64,000 nt of DNA, from positions 16,779-80,778 of IMG/VR virus record IMGVR_UViG_3300045988_107529. One strand, 5' to 3'. This document shows, piece by piece, positions 60,776-64,000 of the stretch. The position numbers and the translations under genes are program-made. The stretch's first letter is position 1. Every line of letters begins with the position of its first letter. The DNA comes from a virus. The notes under the pieces are model-generated. The model ran no database searches. It was given only the letters and a program-made list of their open reading frames with translations, and had not been told where the DNA came from.

Positions 60776-60801
60776 TCGCAATAATGCGACAGGAGGCATT
60801 A

Positions 60802-60999
60802 ATGTTAATTCATTTAAAAAAAGCTCTTGATGACAAAGGAATTACAATCAGAGCGTTTGCAAAGGTTCTTAGTGTTGATGAAAGGACTATTCAAAACAAG
60901 ATAAAGGGGAAAACACCTTTTACATATCCAGAAGCAGTCCTTTCTAAAAAAGAGCTTTTTCCAGAATATGATCTGGAATATCTGTTTAAAGAAGAATAG
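60802..60999 (+). CDS. small HTH protein
   Basis: MLIHLKKALDDKGITIRAFAKVLSVDERTIQNKIKGKTPF. Confidence 0.55.
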   Translation: MLIHLKKALDDKGITIRAFAKVLSVDERTIQNKIKGKTPFTYPEAVLSKKELFPEYDLEYLFKEE

Positions 61000-61007
61000 C
61001 AAAAAAA

Positions 61008-61036
61008 CTGACAGGAGTGCTGTCCTATCAGTTTTT
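61008..61036 (+). terminator. intrinsic terminator
   Basis: CTGACAGGA-gtgc-TGTCCTATCAG (one mismatch) followed by TTTTT. Confidence 0.55.
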
Positions 61037-61386
61037 GCCTAAATTTGTTTACCTTATGTGTTTTGCAGACGGAACGCACTTGTTCAGTCACATAAGCAGC
61101 ACCAAATGTTTCTTGAAACACTTCGCCACTTACGCAGTTTTAGTTCTGCGATTGAGTAAAAAAAGATTAGCTGCCCATTAGTTGGCGAATGTAGGAATTT
61201 TACCTATAAAAGTAAAATTGCTTAACGGTCTTTGGTAACGCAGGTTACTCTGCTTGCGACCTACAATAAGGAACAGGGCAAATTCAAAAGTTGGGTCAAA
61301 GCAAACAACTCCTTTCATTGCCCATTATTTGGGTATGAAATAATTTTAACACATAGGAAAAATATTTTCAATGCAAGAAAGGTAAG

Positions 61387-61704
61387 GTGGTGAATATTCC
61401 TGGCGAAACTATTGTGAAATTCAAAAACGGAACAGTGTTACATATGCCGTTTGAAATGTATGAAGAAATTTCTTTCGATAAGAAATCAATTACAGAACTT
61501 GAATTTAAAAAAAGCGGAATAATTTGCAAAGTAAAGTTTTCCTTCGATGATGTACTCTATGTTATGAGAACAATACTGAATGCATCTGAAGCAAATCAAA
61601 CTTTTAAAGCAAAAATTGATGGAAAGACTGTTTCAGAATGCGTTTTTGATGGAATTACTTCTGCTGTTCAGAAATCCATTCGTGATACTGACGTAGAAGA
61701 TTAA
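61387..61704 (+). CDS. hypothetical protein
   Basis: 105-aa ORF with GTG start and AGGTAAGGTGG upstream. Confidence 0.4.
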   Translation: MVNIPGETIVKFKNGTVLHMPFEMYEEISFDKKSITELEFKKSGIICKVKFSFDDVLYVMRTILNASEANQTFKAKIDGKTVSECVFDGITSAVQKSIRDTDVED

Positions 61705-61878
61705 CGGCAATCGAGGTAGATAATCCAGTAATGACAGTTACAAAATTATCTGTATTTTCGATCGTGCTAACTGTTGGGGTGATTAGTTTTTCCATGTCAA
61801 CAGTTTTTTAAAAATCATCAAAGCTTTTCAAATTAACACCTCCTTCCTAAAGGAGACTATATCACAGAAAGGAGACTA

Positions 61879-62616
61879 ATGAACGAATTAATACCAATTA
61901 ATTATGACGGCGAACAGCCTACGGTATCGGCAAGAGAGCTTTATAAGGCACTTGAAGTCAGCAAAAGATTTTCTGCGTGGTTTGAGACAAACTCACAAGG
62001 GTTTGTAGAAAACGAGGATTTTACAAGTGTACTTTCGGGTACGGTTGTAAACAATGGAGCACACAGAGAAATACAAGATTATTTTTTATCAGTAGACATG
62101 GCAAAACACATCTGTCTTATGAGTAGAACTGATAAAGGAAGAGAATGCCGGCAATGCCTTATTGATTTGGAAAAAGCCTGGAACACGCCAGAGCAGATAT
62201 TTGCCAGAGCACTAAAGATGGCAGACCAGACAATAGCCAAGCTTAAAGACACAAATAAGTCTCTTGTGGAGAAAATCGAAGCCGACAGACCAAAGACAAT
62301 TTTTGCTGATGCGGTATCAACTAGCCACACTTCAATCCTTATTGGTGATCTTGCAAAGTTAATTTGCCAGAACGGTGTCCAGACAGGACAGAAGAGATTA
62401 TTCCAGTGGATGCGAGAAAACGGATATCTGATGAAGTCTGGTGCAAGTTACAATATGCCAATGCAGAGATACATTGAACAAGGGCTATTTGAAGTTAAGG
62501 AATCCAGTGTTCAGAATCCAGACGGAAGTGTCAGAGTAACGAGAACCACAAAAGTTACTGGAAAAGGACAACTGTATTTTATTAACAAGTTTTTGGGAAA
62601 TGAAATGGCAAGTTAG
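61879..62616 (+). CDS. phage antirepressor (ORF6N-type N-domain plus KilA-C-type C-domain)
   Basis: EQPTVSARELYKALEVSKRFSAWFETN... and ...SILIGDLAKLICQNGVQTGQKRLFQWMRENGYL. Confidence 0.7.
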   Translation: MNELIPINYDGEQPTVSARELYKALEVSKRFSAWFETNSQGFVENEDFTSVLSGTVVNNGAHREIQDYFLSVDMAKHICLMSRTDKGRECRQCLIDLEKAWNTPEQIFARALKMADQTIAKLKDTNKSLVEKIEADRPKTIFADAVSTSHTSILIGDLAKLICQNGVQTGQKRLFQWMRENGYLMKSGASYNMPMQRYIEQGLFEVKESSVQNPDGSVRVTRTTKVTGKGQLYFINKFLGNEMAS

Positions 62617-62631
62617 GAGAGGAAAAACATA

Positions 62632-62850
62632 ATGAATGTTGAAGAATATTTAAATCAAAAGTTGTCAAGTTATGAGGGACAGAAATATTTAGAGTTCAGA
62701 AGAAGAAACGGACAGAAAGCAGATGAACTTTACAAAAAGGTAAAGGATGAAATTGCCGAATGCCATCTGTCCGTTACCGAAGCAAAAGGTTTTTTGGAAT
62801 TTATGAAGTTGGTCGTTGAAGGAGCTTCATATATTACACCAAAGGAATAA
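62632..62850 (+). CDS. hypothetical protein
   Basis: 72-aa ORF with a good RBS. Confidence 0.45.
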   Translation: MNVEEYLNQKLSSYEGQKYLEFRRRNGQKADELYKKVKDEIAECHLSVTEAKGFLEFMKLVVEGASYITPKE

Positions 62851-63058
62851 CAGTGGTACTAATGGTATTAACACCTAAAGCATCTGTGCTGTCAGTTACA
62901 TCTTGAATTTCTTTTGCAGTGTGAAGCATTGAAAGAATTTCTTTTGAATACGGATGTTCTTTGCCACAGTTTGGACACGAAATTTTATCCGCACTTATTG
63001 CTTCATTCAAGTAGTAGCTACAACGACAGTTACAAGAAACTTTTATTTGTAGAAACAT
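62834..63058 (-). CDS. zinc-ribbon protein
   Basis: CNCRCS...CPNCGKEH. Confidence 0.45.
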   Translation of the reverse strand: MFLQIKVSCNCRCSYYLNEAISADKISCPNCGKEHPYSKEILSMLHTAKEIQDVTDSTDALGVNTISTTVIPLV

Positions 63059-63132
63059 TTTAACACCTCCCTTCTGTGAACATTATACCATTCAGAAGGG
63101 GAAAATAAAAGAAAACATGGAGGAAAAACAAC

Positions 63133-63423
63133 ATGATTAAATTTGATAAAGGCTTAGTTGAAATTTCTGGTAAAGGTATTGATATTCTTGCAGAGTACGC
63201 AGTTATCACCCACGAAATTAAAGAGATGTTCGTAAAAAATGGTGGAGAAGAGAAAGACGTAAAAGAGCAGCTTAGACATTCTTTCGAGCATGGTCTTATG
63301 AATGAGGAAGAACTTGGCAAAGAAATCAAGGAAAAGTTCAAACAGGTAGATGCAATTATTCCGATTGTTTCGCTTCTGGAAGAAATGCTTAAAACATTTG
63401 GAGCAAAAGACAAGGAGGACTAA
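63133..63423 (+). CDS. hypothetical protein
   Basis: 96-aa ORF with GGAGG RBS. Confidence 0.5.
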   Translation: MIKFDKGLVEISGKGIDILAEYAVITHEIKEMFVKNGGEEKDVKEQLRHSFEHGLMNEEELGKEIKEKFKQVDAIIPIVSLLEEMLKTFGAKDKED

Positions 63424-63425
63424 GC

Positions 63426-63614
63426 ATGGGGGAAACTAAGAGCATAGATTACATTCCAGAGAACGCCAATGAGGAATATGCACTTCTGGTTGGAAGATTA
63501 AAGGCATTTGAAGCTTGGGCGAATAGCGTGAAAGATTATGATTTTACAAAGGACATGGCATTCAGAATGCTTGGGCTTGGTTTAGAGGAATCAAAGGAGG
63601 AAAAGAAAGAATGA
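63426..63614 (+). CDS. hypothetical protein
   Basis: 62-aa ORF with AAGGAGG RBS. Confidence 0.5.
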   Translation: MGETKSIDYIPENANEEYALLVGRLKAFEAWANSVKDYDFTKDMAFRMLGLGLEESKEEKKE

Positions 63615-64000
63615 AATGCTTTAAAGGCTTTGATAAAGACTTAAAGTGCAGAGATTTCCAGTATGAAATTGGAAAAGAATACACAGAAGAAAAAGCAGAC
63701 ATTTGTAATTGCGGATTCCATGCTTGTAAATTCCCGATGGACGTATTCGGTTATTATTCTCCTTCAGATTCCAGATATTGTGAAGTTGATCTTGAAGCGA
63801 ATAATCAGTTATCTAATGATAGCAAGAGAGTTGGGAAGAAAATTTCCGTAAAAGCAGAAATTGGAATTGCTGGAATTATTAAAGCTGGCGTTGAATACAT
63901 CAAAGAGCAAGTTAATTGGGAAGATGATAAGGCAACCAATACCGGAAATTATTCAGCAGCAACCAATACCGGATATCATTCAGCGGCAACCAATACCGGA
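63611..64000 (+). CDS. Cys/His N-domain protein with (S)AATNTG repeats, 3' end cut by window edge (not in ORF track)
   Basis: ATG at 63611 behind AAGGAGG, open to the window end. MKCFKGFDKDLKCRDFQYEIGKEY...CNCGFHACKFPMDVFGYY... then ATNTGNYSAATNTGYHSAATNTG. Confidence 0.6.
   Translation, partial: MKCFKGFDKDLKCRDFQYEIGKEYTEEKADICNCGFHACKFPMDVFGYYSPSDSRYCEVDLEANNQLSNDSKRVGKKISVKAEIGIAGIIKAGVEYIKEQVNWEDDKATNTGNYSAATNTGYHSAATNTG

Noticed and set aside
61731-61811. 26-aa hydrophobic peptide MTVTKLSVFSIVLTVGVISFSMSTVF (a type I toxin-like idea).
   Set aside because: The nearest GAGGT is about 14 nt from the ATG and there is no obvious antisense RNA or promoter. The evidence is too weak to call.
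63663-63851. 62-aa plus-strand ORF from the track.
   Set aside because: It is in the wrong frame relative to a longer RBS-preceded ORF (63611 onward) that stays open to the window end and has recognisable motifs.
1-64000. Genome-wide stop-codon reassignment (TGA or TAG recoding), suggested by the UCA tRNA.
   Set aside because: Very long ORFs (TerL, portal, tape measure, the 1520-aa tail protein) are intact with the standard code. I found no adjacent same-frame ORF pairs split by a single TGA. The tRNA is therefore reported as a puzzle, not as evidence of recoding.
1-64000. CRISPR arrays, rRNA genes, a diversity-generating retroelement, or a retron.
   Set aside because: I saw no regularly spaced direct repeats with unique spacers, no rRNA-like sequence and no reverse-transcriptase-like ORF. 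The A-rich asymmetric region at 5.3-6.05 kb has no visible template/variable repeat partner.

Overview
The window is AT-rich and almost entirely plus-strand coded. It reads as a temperate siphovirus-type phage genome from a Firmicutes/Clostridia-like host, based on GGAGG-type RBSs, a Cpl-7 endolysin and a LytTR regulator. All family names come from reading the translations and from memory; no searches were run.

Gene order:
- 1-2740: end of the early/replication module (DUF4317, replisome organizer, G39P-like loader).
- 2914-4312: tyrosine integrase followed by an attP-like site that carries only the 3' part of a tRNA. Phage genes lie on both sides, so this looks like an unintegrated or circular form.
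- 4.4-13.3 kb: accessory block with DUF4417, a roughly 0.7 kb ORF-free strand-asymmetric region, a leftward operon, a GIY-YIG nuclease, a TerS-like gene, a serine recombinase and RHH/XRE regulators.
- 13.4-20.5 kb: RNA-centred block. It has 4 canonical tRNAs (Gln-UUG, two CAU, one UCA) and 4 aberrant tRNA-like elements. It also has a DUF2828/vWA protein, many small Cys-rich proteins, and an RtcB RNA ligase cassette flanked by 14-bp direct repeats.
- 20.6-58.7 kb: morphogenesis and lysis genes. These are TerL, portal, scaffold, a D-like decoration protein, an E-like capsid, connectors, major tail, G/G-T chaperones, a 1554-aa tape measure, a 1520-aa tail protein and an amidase-Cpl-7 endolysin.
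- 58.7-64 kb: orphan LytTR response regulator, CI/Cro-type switch and early genes.

The structural module is interrupted by two cargo islands. One is at 27.1-32.3 kb, between the head connector and the tail genes. The other is at 42.8-50.8 kb, between the tape measure and the distal tail genes. Five free-standing homing-endonuclease-like genes are also scattered through the window.

Most notable observations:
- (a) The tRNA / tRNA-mimic + vWA + RtcB block is a candidate RNA-repair or counter-defence system.
- (b) A 25-nt box occurs three times, each time followed by an extended -10 and an intrinsic terminator, just ahead of structural genes. This suggests late promoter / antitermination units.
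- (c) The capsid may carry a -1 frameshift extension ending in an HeH/Rho-N-like domain.
- (d) The island at 27.9-30.7 kb encodes low-complexity Q/N/G/Cys-rich proteins behind three 11-bp-phased TGGCGT repeats.
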